A DNA stretch of 64,000 bases from Amphiscolops sp. MND2022 (lineage: Eukaryota): NCBI GenBank assembly GCA_964187785.1, contig OZ076410.1:73346001-73410000 (forward strand), given 5' to 3'. Shown piece by piece: positions 1 through 10,842 of this stretch. The notes under the pieces were generated by a model that did not search any database, had not been told where the DNA came from, and worked only from the letters and a program-made list of their open reading frames with translations. The first letter of the stretch is position 1. Each line of letters starts with the position of its first letter. The translations under genes were made by a program, and so were the position numbers.

Positions 1-60
1 CAGCGACACTTTGTCGCGGAAACGTCCGCCGCCATATTGTCGCTGAAACGCCTTGTTCCC

Positions 61-129
61 GCTCTTGCACCCAGCCGTCTAAATCAAGGCTCTTTATGCA
101 ACCCGGGAACCACAACCACCGAGGCTGAA
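61..129 (+). mobile_element. Left part of a CRE/RLE-type non-LTR retrotransposon endonuclease remnant, interrupted by the Copia insertion
   Basis: Translates ALAPSRLNQGSLCNPGTTTTEAE and continues in frame at 4852 (ARKIEKYRELIDNG) once the Copia and one CTGAA copy are removed. Confidence 0.7.
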
Positions 130-449
130 TATCAAGGTTTGCCATCCGCCTCACAAGGCGGGAACGATCAAATGATGAGCCACGACCCCTAAGGTTCAAG
201 TACCTGCCAGATGACATCGCACACACAACTTTTGATGCCGCACATTGGTGTACCTGTTTGTGCGATACAACAGACAACTCTTGATACCGCACAATTTTTG
301 TTGACTGACAGATACCTGTCGCGGTGCTATATCTATCCGATGCTGAACCACTTCTACCATCAATTGCAATTGTAAATACATAAACCAAGTCTGATCATAA
401 CTAATCAATTTCAATTCAATTCTTCAGTCCTACCCAACCTGTTTTGAAA
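130..449 (+). repeat. Copia 5' LTR (320 bp; ends TATCAA...TTGAAA)
   Basis: Direct repeat of 4528-4846, bounded by the TSD on the left and the PBS on the right. Confidence 0.93.
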
Positions 450-465
450 GGTTATGGGCCCAGCA
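450..465 (+). promoter_or_regulatory. Primer-binding site for an internal half-molecule of initiator tRNA-Met
   Basis: GGTTATGGGCCCAGCA directly abuts the LTR. It is complementary to the tRNAiMet anticodon region (TGCTGGGCCCATAACC), the priming mode known for Drosophila copia. Confidence 0.9.
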
Positions 466-522
466 GCTTCCGAGACGACGCCATCTACTTAGCTGATCAC
501 AGCCTCACCAGCGCAGATCACG

Positions 523-3500
523 ATGACGGCACCACGACATTCTCGACAAGAGAAGCTGCTGTTTAGTGGACGAGAGGATGACTTCCCCACTTTTCTGGAG
601 CAGTTCGAAGCAGGAGTCTATGCCCTGGGACTTTCTGACTGCCTTCTGGACAGAATCAAAACAACACCTCAAAAAGATGTGGAGACGAATGATGAACGTG
701 TCAAGCGAGAGGGGGAAGAAGCAGATCGAGTCAAACTACAGTACATGGTGTGGTGCGAGCTGGTTCAGTGCCTTGATAAGGCAAGCATCATGTTCATTAG
801 AGGGCACAAGCCGAATGGGACTGCAGCCTGGACAGCTTTGACGAAGCTCCACAAATCAACTGAACGGCCTCGTGTTCAATCACTGATGACACAGCTCACT
901 GGTCTCAAGATAACATCAGGGGAGAAGGTGACTGACTACCTCACCAAAGCAGAAGGGCTCAAACTGGATCTGGCTGAAGCGGGGGAAGTGGTCTCAGATG
1001 CTCTCCTCACAGCGATGATTCTCAAGGGTCTTCCAAGTGACTTTGACAGTGTGGTGGCAGTCCTCAACTTCGGCACAGCAAAGGGGTACTACGAGATGAA
1101 GCAGGACTTGGTCAACTTCGCAGCAACCAGGGGTCGCTGTGTTTCCAGCGAGACATCGATGACAGCATTTCACTCAGCCAGGAGGGAGCCTCCAAAGTGC
1201 TTCAAGTGTGGAAAGATGGGGCACCGAGCTAAGGACTGCCACAGTCGGGAGACGAGGACCTGCTTCAACTGTGGTCAGAAGGGGCATCTGACTTCAAATT
1301 GCAGGAAGGTACAGCAAAAGAGCTCAAGTGGAGGATGTGGCTCGGGTCAATCCAGCAACCATTCATCAGCGGACTTCTTCTGCTTCGGGGCTTTCAGGGC
1401 TGGTTGCTACAACAAGGGGAGCATTAAGCTTCTCATTGACTCTGGGTGCAACGGCTTCATGATCAAGAACAAAGAGCTCTTCTCTGATCTGGACGAGGGT
1501 TTTCTGGCAGACGTATGCAACGCTAACAGCAGTTGTTCAGAGATCAGAGGACGTGGGACAGCGATGCTTTGTGAAGCGATGCTTTGTGAAGGACAATACG
1601 GGCCGTTCTTGTCTACTGGAACTGAAGGATGCCTTCTGGGTACCATCCTACGCGAAGAATCTGGTGTCGGTCAAGCGATTGACGGACATGGGGGCAATGT
1701 TCCAGTTCAATGACGACCCAACCATCAAGATACCCACTGGAACTGTTGTGCCAATGATGGCAAACGACGAACTTTTCAGTGTCATGGCTCAACCTGTGGA
1801 GACGGGGTCACTGGCGATGATGTCTCACTCTATCAAGCACTGGCATCGAGTGATGGGGCACAACAACTGGCACGATGTGGCAAAGTTGCAGCAAGAGGTC
1901 GTGGGCATGAACATCCATCTCTGGCTCCGAAAAGAAGACGAACTGCAACATCTGCTGCACCGCGAAGGCGAAACGAGCATCCATTCCATAGACGTGGGGC
2001 ACTCGAGCGGAAACGAAACTGGCTATCGTTCACACAGACGTGCTCGGACCCATTCAGCAGGAGTCCCACGAGGGTTTTCGCTATGCAGTGGGCTTCACCG
2101 ACAGTTACAGCCCTTTCGGGGCAGTATACCCAACGAAGTCAAAGGATGAGGTCACCGCAAAGTTACAACGATTCATCATCGATGTTGGCCGGCCTGTCAC
2201 CTTGGTTTCAGACGGGTCTCTCGAGTTCAAATCAAAGCCGTTCAGTGACTTGTGCACATCCAATGGCATTAAACAGGAGTTCTCTGCTCCCTACACACCC
2301 GAAGAAAACAGCAAAATCCAGCGAGCATGGGGCACTGTGACTGGCATGACGCGATGCATGATGGCAACTGCAGGGGTCCCAAAGCAGTTTTGGCCTTTTG
2401 CTCTTTCAACTGCCATTTACCTGAAGAATCGATCAATCCACTCGGCGCATGGCAAGACTCTTTTGAGATGTTTCACGGAAGGAAGCCTGACCTTTCACAT
2501 CTTCAGGTGTTTGGGTGCCAGTCGTTTGTGCTCAACGAAGTCAGGAAGAAGCTGGAGAGCAAGGCACGGGAAGCTATTCTACTGGGATACTCGGGAAATT
2601 CTAAGGCATATGTGGTAGCCTGAACAGACGGATCAAAGACAAGGGCACCAAGGGTCTGGGTATCACGAAACGTCAACTTCAACGACGATGCATTTCCCTA
2701 CCAACGTGGTTCTGGTCACCCAAGGGGGGAGGGAGGACGACGATGAGTCTCAATCAGATGTTGATGACCTGAAATCGGGGTCAGATGAACAATCCGAGAC
2801 CACATCTACGAAAACTCATGCAATCCAGGGCGAATCAGAAGATAACATCAATCCAGATGAAGGGACACCCAATGCTACAGACAATACATCAGCAGTGCAG
2901 CAGACGACAAACAGATATTCGGGATGGACTCGAAGGGCGCCTCAAGTGAATTGGAGAACCTGGCACTTCACTGTAATGCTATGATTTCAAGCGGTCTTCC
3001 AAGCAATACAGCAGACGCGCTGGCGGATCCCAACTGGAAAGCAGCGATGGACAGAGAGTTCAAATCTTTGGGAGAAAATGGTGTCTGGGAGCTAGTCAAG
3101 CAACCATCAGGACAAGGCATCATCAGCGGAAAGTGGCATTTTGCTAATCAACTTGATGACGAAGGAAACGTGGTAAAGTTCAAGGCGCGATTCGTGGCAC
3201 GGGGGTTCACTCAGACGCCAGGCATTGATTTTCGCGACACCTACTAACCAACTGCGAAGCTGTCTACATTCAGAACTGTCCTGGCATGTGGGGTGAAGCT
3301 GGGTATGCATTTCAATCAGATGGACATAAAGACAGCATACCTGAACGCACCAATTCAAGAAGACATCTACATGGAGCAGCAAGAGGGGTACCAAAAGGGC
3401 AAACAGATGGTGTGTAAGCTTAAGCGGTCACTTTATGGACTAAAGCAATTGGGGCGCAATTGGTGTGTCTCTCTTCCCATCTGTTTGAGCTCAACTGCAA

Positions 3501-4525
3501 GGCATCACTTCACGACCCTTGCTTGCTGACTCTGACGAGAAATGGTCACAAGTGCTGGATAGTGATCTGGGTGGATGATATTCTTTACGAGTCAACTGAC
3601 AGTCAATTTACCACGTGGTTCAATGACAAGATGAGCGAGCGGTTCAACAATGGCGAAAGCGGTCCTCTGACGTGGTTCTTGGGAATTTCTTTCAAGTGGG
3701 GTGACGGTTCGCTGACAATGAAATACAGGGGTATGTGAGCAGCCTACTTCGCAAACACGGTATGGGTGAGTGCAAGGCAGCTTCAACACCACTCGCAGAC
3801 AAGCTGGATCTGACGAAGGATCAGATGCCAGAAGATGGATCAGATGAGCAACAGCAAATGTTGAGACATGACTACAGAGGCCTGGTGGGTAGCATTGCTT
3901 ACCTCTCACTGTCCACTCGACCTGACCTGGCATTCCCGGCCCACCTACTTTCTCGATTTCTTAGCAACCCTGGATTTGCTCACTGGCAAGCAGCGAAGCA
4001 CGTGTTACGCTACCTCAGAGGTACAGCTGACGTGGGCATCACTTTCATGAAGTGCGATGATACAGGCCTAATTGGATACACGGATTCAGACTATGCCAGC
4101 TGCAAGGACGATAGACGAAGCATCACTGGTTTATGCTTCAACGTGGGTAGTGGGGCAATATCGTGGGCTGCTAGACGACAAACATGTGTAGCGACTTCAA
4201 CCACTGAGGCAGAACTTCATGCCTTGAGCGAAGCCGTAAAGGAAGCTGTGCATTTGCAGGGGATTCTGGACACTCTTAGAGAATCCATAGCGACGACTTT
4301 GTTCACGGACAGTTAATCGTGCCTAGCATTAGCAACCAGAGATGACAACAGCGCAAAGACGAAACACTCTGCAACTCGGATGGCCTATGTGCGGGAGACA
4401 GTGAAGAAGCAGTCGATTGAAACTGAAGTTTATTGCAAGTGGTGACAATTGCGCTGACATTTTCACGAAGGGACTGGGTAAGACAAAGACGCAACAACAC
4501 CTGGCTCGGCTGTCGGCAATGCGGG
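523..4525 (+). pseudogene. Copia gag-pol polyprotein, broken by frameshifts and stops
   Basis: Two CCHC knuckles (CFKCGKMGHRAKDC, CFNCGQKGHLTSNC), protease LIDSG, pre-integrase HWHRVMGH, integrase core (SAPYTPEEN), RT (QMDIKTAYLN, LYGLKQ, IWVDD) and RNase H (GYTDSDYA, STTEAE), spread across several ORF pieces. Confidence 0.93.
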
Positions 4526-4527
4526 GG

Positions 4528-4846
4528 TATCAAGGTTTGCCATCCACCTCGCAAGGCGGGAACGATCAAATGATGAGCCACGACCCCTAAGGTTCAAGTA
4601 CCTGCCAGATGACATCGCACACACAACTTTTGATGCCGCACATTGATGACACGTTTGTGCGATACAACAGACAACTCTTGATACCGCACAATTTTTGTTG
4701 ACTAACAGGTACCTGTCGCGGTGCTATATATACCCGATGCTGAACCACTTCTACCATCAATTGCAATTGTAAATACATAAACCAAGTCTGATCATAACTA
4801 ATCAATCTCAATTCAGTTCTTCATTCCTACCCAACCTGTTTTGAAA
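4528..4846 (+). repeat. Copia 3' LTR (319 bp), preceded by PPT-like GCGGGGG
   Basis: Direct repeat of 130-449, followed by TSD CTGAA. Confidence 0.93.
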
Positions 4847-4851
4847 CTGAA

Positions 4852-5290
4852 GCGCGTAAAATTGAGAAGTATCGAGAATTAATAGACAATGGAAACATTT
4901 CCAACCGGTGGCGTTGGAAGTACAGGGTTTTTTAGGCGATAGCGGTGAAATTTTCATCACGCGTCTCTGTAAAATGCTCTGTCGTTCGCACGACGATCAA
5001 CGAGCTGGCAGCTTCTTGAAGCAACGGATTTCAATGGCTCTTCAGATCGTTTTACAGTAACGAGAGAGAATTTACGAGAGAGAAGATGATTTTTTTAGTT
5101 ACTTACCAATTTTGAACAAATTGGATATTTTGATTAAATTTGAAACATATTGTAAATGAAGATTTGTCAGATTTATTCTGATGTTGAAATTCAACTTCTT
5201 CTCTTCAGATCGGCAATGCGGCCTGTGTTCAAGGAACTGTGAGCGACGAGATGCGTTCGAAGAAATTTATTACGTATAGTTTATTTTTTT
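4852..5290 (+). mobile_element. Right part of the CRE/RLE-type non-LTR endonuclease remnant (3' end of the element)
   Basis: With one frameshift it reads RKIEKY...FQPVALEVQG...RAGSFLKQRISMALQIGNAACVQGT, the C-terminal motif pattern of RLE-encoding (CRE-like) retrotransposons. A 151-bp insert lies at 5050-5200. Confidence 0.72.
5050..5200. other. 151-bp insertion flanked by a 12-bp direct repeat
   Basis: CTCTTCAGATCG occurs at 5038-5049 and 5201-5212. Removing the insert and one copy restores MALQIGNAA. Confidence 0.8.
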
Positions 5291-5344
5291 AAAGACCTCT
5301 ATATCATTGCAGCTTGAAAAAACTTTCCACCGGTCGACTACAAT

Positions 5345-6237
5345 CAGGGTTTTCAAATAGCAAATCAAGTAATTGCCCAAATATTAAGTAACTGGGTAAA
5401 AATTGGACCCAAATACAATTCCAAATACTATTTTTGTCGAAAACCAAACACCCAATTTCAAGTACTTGTACCCCCTCCAAATAGCAAACCCAATTCCAAT
5501 TACGATTTTAGAAATCAAAATTTGAATTTTCAGCTGGGTTAGGTACTCGCTTAGATTAGTTGTATAAAAATGTTGTGTTGTTTTTTAGACTACTATTTTT
5601 TGAAGTTTCTTTTTTAAAAGAAACTTTCTTATGCTGTTTTTCTGGTTAGCATGATTTTATTTGAAACGTATTTATTGCTAAGAACAAGCCGCTGTTCAAC
5701 TGAGCTTTCTATTCTTCTCCCCTTAATTGTCATACTCTTGAGTTTAGTTCAGTTTATTGTTAAGTTGTTAAGGTTTGTTACCTGAAATCCTGTTTTGTCA
5801 TTTAATTCCTTTTTCGTACCATCTATGTTGTTTTCACCAGGCAGCCCATCCATATACAATTTATGCCCCCGTTATATGATCGACCGCGCGTTCAAAAATC
5901 ATGAAAGTTTTTTTTTAGATTAGATGGTCGCTGTTAGTTTCCTTGTTTATTCTCACTATACGCACTTCTGCAATTTCAAACTCAATGTGCAGAATTTGAA
6001 AAATTAAAACGTTACAATGTCAATTTTTCGTCGCAATTTTTTTAAAAAAAATCGAAAAAATGTCGATTTTTGTCAATTGAAAATACCAATTTCAAATACA
6101 ATTTTCAAATCATGTAATTGCTCAAATAGCAATAACAAATACAATTCTTATTTTTGGACCAATTCCAACTACAATTAACTGCTAGACCAAATATACAAAT
6201 ACCAATTCGTCGTTAAACCAAGTACATGGAAACCCTG
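5345..6237. mobile_element. Non-autonomous hAT-like TIR element
   Basis: Termini CAGGGTTT...AAACCCTG. 8-bp TSD ACTACAAT/ACTGCAAT with 1 mismatch. Subterminal CAAATAC/CAATT repeats near both ends. Confidence 0.75.
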
Positions 6238-6639
6238 ACTGCAATAGTGGCTCGTATGAGTAGTTTGTTAGTTGTTTCTTTTTGCTATTGGGATAGTGGC
6301 TGGTATGGGGTTCCCTACTTTCGTTGCAGAACACGGGTGTGTATGGTTCTCCCCCCAACATGATGATACACGTGGCACCTGATTGATGACGAAGATCCAT
6401 GATATCTGATGCTGGATGAAAAAAAGTACATAACATGCTTTTAATTAATTTTAAAGAACATAGATAGTCTAAAAATAGAAGGTGAGGGTCAATAACATGA
6501 TTTTAGTTTTAGTTTTATAACAACCCAAGCTCGGGTGGCTATAAATGGGTCAAATTTTTTTGGTCGAAAGGACAGAGGTCGAACCTTTTGATCGAATTGC
6601 AGGGATCGAAAGGAATTCGGTCGAATTTTATCGTATTTG

Positions 6640-6775
6640 TTGTATGGCTCGGTCGCTTCGCTCCCTTCGCCAAGTAGCAACATTGAGGCATGGCCATATG
6701 GCACGTCGCTCCGCTTCGCTTCGCTCCTGCATTCAGGGCACTAGGGGTATGTGAACGTATCTGACTACGTTATAA
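6640..6775. repeat. Dispersed repeat, with an inverted copy at about 24686-24833
   Basis: Shared core GGCATGGCCATATGGCACGTCGCTCCG...GGGCACTAG present in opposite orientation at 24.7-24.8 kb. Confidence 0.75.
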
Positions 6776-6909
6776 AAATTTCGATACGAGTTGTTTCGAT
6801 CCCATTCAAAAATTTGGTATGTCGACCTGAGGACTAACTCTGATTTTCGATCCCGTTCCTTCGACCTATTTCCGCCCACCCCCCAAGCTCGACATGCTTG
6901 TGAGAAAAT

Positions 6910-6989
6910 AGCCATTACAGGACTCGAACCTGCATCACAAGACAGATCTAGCTAGCAGTCAATCGCCTTAACCCTTAGACCAAATGGCT
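6910..6989 (-). pseudogene. tRNA-Ser(GCT)-like pseudogene, copy 1
   Basis: Perfect 7-bp acceptor stem AGCCATT/AATGGCT, T arm GCAGG-TTCGAGT-CCTGT, and GGTTAAGGCGATTGACTGCTA resembling Ser-GCT. The anticodon stem pairs poorly. Confidence 0.6.
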
Positions 6990-7149
6990 TATTTAATCTC
7001 ACCAATCATTCGCTGTTTTATATTATCCCCTTCTAACTGAAGCTGATACCACACAGCTCCCAGTTGAACACAACCAAACTGGGGATTCAAGCCACTTATG
7101 TAATGGCTACCAGTATAAGAACCCAAGCTCGACATGATTGTGAGAAAAT

Positions 7150-7229
7150 AGCCATTACAGGACACGAACCTGCATCTCAAGACAGATCTAGCTAGCAGTC
7201 AAGCGCCTTAACCCTTAGACCAAATGGCT
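7150..7229 (-). pseudogene. tRNA-Ser(GCT)-like pseudogene, copy 2 (240 bp from copy 1)
   Basis: Near-identical to 6910-6989; the T loop is mutated to TTCGTGT. Part of a duplicated block of about 130 bp (6883-7012 / 7123-7252). Confidence 0.55.
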
Positions 7230-7322
7230 TATTTAATCTCACCAATCATTCGACTTATCACTAACAACGCCGTTATTATAGTTTTATTTCTTGTTTCAGT
7301 TAGGAAATGATCAATTTCCAGA

Positions 7323-7495
7323 ATGTCAGAGCTTGTTGAACAAGAAGTTCCAAAAATTCAGGAAGTTCCCTGTGAGTCTGACGATGGCGTTTTCCAAATT
7401 GAAAATAAGACGTTTATAATTAACGAGGAAGATCACACTCTCGGAAATGTTTTGAGATTTGTCATAAACAAATATCCGGAGACTGATTTTGTGGG
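7323..7495 (+). CDS. POLR1D: RNA polymerase I/III subunit RPAC2 (AC19), coding exon 1
   Basis: TFIINEEDHTLGNVLRFVINKYPETDFVG matches the RPB11/AC19 signature. Donor GG|GTTAGT, phase 2. Confidence 0.9.
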
Positions 7496-7881
7496 GTTAG
7501 TTTCGTCCAGTCGTTTCTTCCAAAAAAGTTAGGCTGACTGATATCTGCGAACGGATTGCAAATCCAAGTGTCACTGAAATGGGAGAATTTTTAAATAAAA
7601 TATCCTCAATAATCTTTTCAGACAAAGTGGTGCTATAAGATCACAACCGACTCTTTATCAATCTGCAACTTGTTGAATACTGCTTTGTTTATGCGCTGAG
7701 GTTACCTCCACGCTTGCTTTCTGCCTTTTAAAAACGTTTTCACTGAATTTCCTCGCGAAAAAAAAAGATTTTCAGCCCAAATGAAAAGCGATGATCGCCA
7801 TACAGCATGGAATTGACTGGGCCAAATCTAGCGACAGCACGAACTGTTCACGCTAAAAATAAACGAAATCATGAACAGTCA

Positions 7882-8249
7882 TTTTTAGTCGGCGTTTTCG
7901 AAGAAAATCCCGACTCTTACAGTGGCTAGTTTTTTTTCGTCAGTTCAACGCGTAACGTCCACTTTTTGTGCATTAATGCAATTAATGCACATTTACCAAC
8001 TTTTACCATATGTACTTAGTACTTCATTTTCAACGCATCCAAAGCGTCTAACATGAGATAAAAAGTGTCCCCCTTTTACATTTTTCGGCACTATGCGACT
8101 TACCGGAAACTTCGAAAAAAAATTCGGAAATTTTTTTCTCAATTTTTAGTTTTTTGAGAGCTTTTGTTGTCTCCAGTTGTAGAAAAAGTAATTTTCGAGT
8201 CTTTTTGAGCCTTAGATATGGCACCGACTTGGGCCGTTCCCGGCTTGTT
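7882..8249 (+). mobile_element. HINE/Helentron-like non-autonomous element (family B) in the POLR1D intron
   Basis: 5' TTTTAGTCGGCG with a nearby partial inverted CCGACT. 3' GCACCGACT, then hairpin GCCG-TTCC-CGGC, then TTGTT. Confidence 0.6.
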
Positions 8250-8580
8250 AGTCTTAAAGTGAAAAATTATTGCAAGTGGCGCTTAGATTTTCCAGAATTG
8301 TCTAACATTGTTTTTACCTACCTAAACAGATCGTGTTCCGTATATTGCATGTACTCGTTGATGATAGTTAAAAAGCCTTTTTCACGTTCTTGAAAATGCT
8401 CACCGGAAGATTTTGTCTCTTTCATGCAATGATAACAAAGTAAGTCAGCTTTTCCACTATGTCAAGTATTCGAAATTTTACCCAACAGCTTAACAATTTT
8501 TAAAATGTTGGGTTTTAAACCAAAAACTAAGTGCTTTTTACCCTGATTCTAGTGTACATGCACATCGAATTTCGTTTCAG

Positions 8581-8761
8581 GTACACAATTCCCCACCCCA
8601 CTAAACACAACATTGTGCTGAGGATTCAAGCTAAGCAGGGAACAGATGCTCGGAGCTTGTTGATGCGAGCTTTATACGACTCTAAAGCCATTTTCCAGAA
8701 TTTGAAGACTTCGTTCGAAGCAGCCTATAAAAATGAATCAATTGCCCCCTCTCACGAATGA
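8581..8761 (+). CDS. POLR1D: RNA polymerase I/III subunit RPAC2 (AC19), coding exon 2
   Basis: Acceptor TTTCAG|G, phase 2; YTIPHPTKHNIVLRIQAK continues the domain. The joined CDS is 354 nt (117 aa). Confidence 0.9.
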
Positions 8762-9454
8762 AGCTTTGGTCCCACTTACAATTTGTTTATTGCTTGAAAG
8801 GCACATGGTTTAAATTGCAAACGCAGGTGCTGTTGTTTTCCTTGAAATAAAATGTTTGGTATTTAATCTCTCAAAATTTCAAAGTTGCGGAACTTCAGAC
8901 GATCAGCAGGCAGTCATCGTTCAGTAATCATTGTTTATTATTTCTACGATAGCAGGAATATTATTGAAACCTCAAGATGTCTACTTTTTTGTTCAGCAAA
9001 ATTCTTGTCGCGATACTGAAAAATTCAGATATTTTGTTCGTTAGTGACTATGAGCGTGAGAATTGAATTTCTCAAGCTGCCGACGACAATTCAATTCTCG
9101 TGCGATGGAACGAGCGAGTGGTAATTATGCATTCGTACGCTGACGTCATTGAGATGAAGCGTGCGAATGTTCGTAATTATGCTTTCGTACGCCGAGTTAT
9201 TGACATGAAGCGAATAAGTGTTAATTATCCGTTCGCGGAGAGCTTCGCCTGCATTCAAATGCGAATGCAAAACTTCGTTTACGCTAAGTAGATATATTTG
9301 CTTAAGTCCGAGATTTAAAGGCGGTATAAACAACTGGTACAGTGATTAATTGTGCGCTAAATAATGATTAAACAGGAGTATATCGGTATTCCAGATATGA
9401 TTCTATTATTAATGAAAGATTAAAGCAGAAATAATTGTGCGCCGGAGGGGCCTA

Positions 9455-10035
9455 TTTTTAAGAGTCGGAAAAAATTTTCGACTACTTGTGCAATCGTGTC
9501 GTTTTTTTCTCCCGACCTTTTCATGAAAATTTCAAATTTCTCAAAAACTGTCCATACGGTTTCCAAAATTTTGCAGTCATTCTACACCCAAAGGGGCCCC
9601 TGCGTACGCAAAGGAATCAAAATCGTATGGCTGGAATGTGAGAAACAGCCAAAAATGGCCAAAATTAGCCCAAAAACAGTCATTTTTCGAATTTTTTCTA
9701 TTTTCTCAAAAATTGTCCATCGATTCGAACTAAATTTTCCACAGTCATTCTACACCATACTAGAGTCCGATATGTGCAATGGCATCAAAATCGTATGGCT
9801 GGGATGTGAGAAACATAGCCAAAAATGTCCGAAAAAACTCATTTTTCGATTTTTTTTCGATTTTCTCAAAAACTGTCTATACGATTCGAAAGAAATTTTG
9901 TAAAGTCATTCTACACCATAGTATGTAATTGTGGACTATGTGTGCAATTTCAATAAATTCATATGACTCGGATTGAAGCGAGTCAGAAGGAAAATGACCT
10001 AAGCCGACTCCTTTACCGCATATGCGGCTCTGGTT
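9455..10035 (+). mobile_element. HINE-like element, family A, copy 1
   Basis: 5' GAGTCGG...CGACT; 3' CCGACTC, hairpin CCGCA-TA-TGCGG, CTCTGGT. Homologous to 13411-13812. Confidence 0.55.
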
Positions 10036-10402
10036 ATCATTGGAGATTTTCCCCATTATAAGACACTTGATTTGACTTGATACGAATTATTTGGCGAAAT
10101 CTCGACAATGGCGTAAAAATTTTCAGTGAGTCTTCAATGTAAAATTTCAGTGAGTCTTGAAGTAATCAAAATGCTCAGAATTATTTATTAAGGATTTTTT
10201 TCCAGAAGACGCCAAAACGAGATATCATTGGAAAGGTAAGTTTTCGACACTCCAAGAAACTTTTTCTGTTACTGCCAGTCTCATTTTGTGTTTTTTTTCC
10301 AGATCACAGCTGAATGTATTTCAGTGGTCTACTTTTTAGACTTTCCCACTTGACTTAATGTTTAGGGTGCGTGCTTCGGAAGCAGGTCATGGGCGTAAAA
10401 AA

Positions 10403-10842
10403 AACAAGCCGGGATCGGCCCAAGTCGGCGCCATATCTAAGGCTCAAAAATACCAAAAGGACTTCAAAATGTTAAAGTATTGGTGAATTGGGGACCCTTT
10501 TATGCAAATTTTTTTTCGAAAGAAAGTCTCACAATGCCGAAAAAAACTGAAAGAGGGGACCATTTGGGATTTTTCAAAATCCATTCTGTCCAAAAATATC
10601 AAAAAATTGAAGACCCTTCGGTGGGAAAAAAATTTTCGAAAAAAAGTCACAGAGCCGAAAATACTCTTTGGCCCCGTTGAGTTTCTTCAATGATATAAAA
10701 AATACTACTTCGTAAGCTAAGAATTGTAAGAAATTGAGAAATTGTAAGAAAAGTGGACCATTCAGAGTGAGATTGTCAGCTGGAAAAAACTACCCACTGT
10801 AATAATCGGGCTTTTTTCCTTAAGGGAAAAGGCGCCGACTAA
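10403..10842 (-). mobile_element. HINE-like element, family B copy
   Basis: AACAAGCCGGGATCGGCCCAAGTCGGCGCC at the left end and GGCGCCGACTAA at the right end. Confidence 0.6.

Larger units (their letters stand above)
130..4846 (+). mobile_element. Ty1/Copia LTR retrotransposon, full length, degenerate
   Basis: Paired LTRs 130-449 and 4528-4846 (12 substitutions and 1 indel by eye). 5-bp TSD CTGAA at 125-129 and 4847-4851. PBS and PPT present. Domain order gag-PR-IN-RT-RH is the Copia order. Confidence 0.95.

Noticed and set aside
196-414. Minus-strand 72-aa ORF (and its twin at 4587-4811)
   Set aside because: These are antisense readings of the two Copia LTRs.
6910-7229. Functional tRNA-Ser genes
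   Set aside because: The anticodon stem does not pair and copy 2 has a mutated T loop, so they are kept as pseudogene-like.
9496-9903. Phe/Lys-rich ORFs here and at about 10.4, 13.4, 43.5, 49.2, 54.5 and 55.7 kb
   Set aside because: They lie within non-coding HINE-like repeats and reflect A/T-tract composition.
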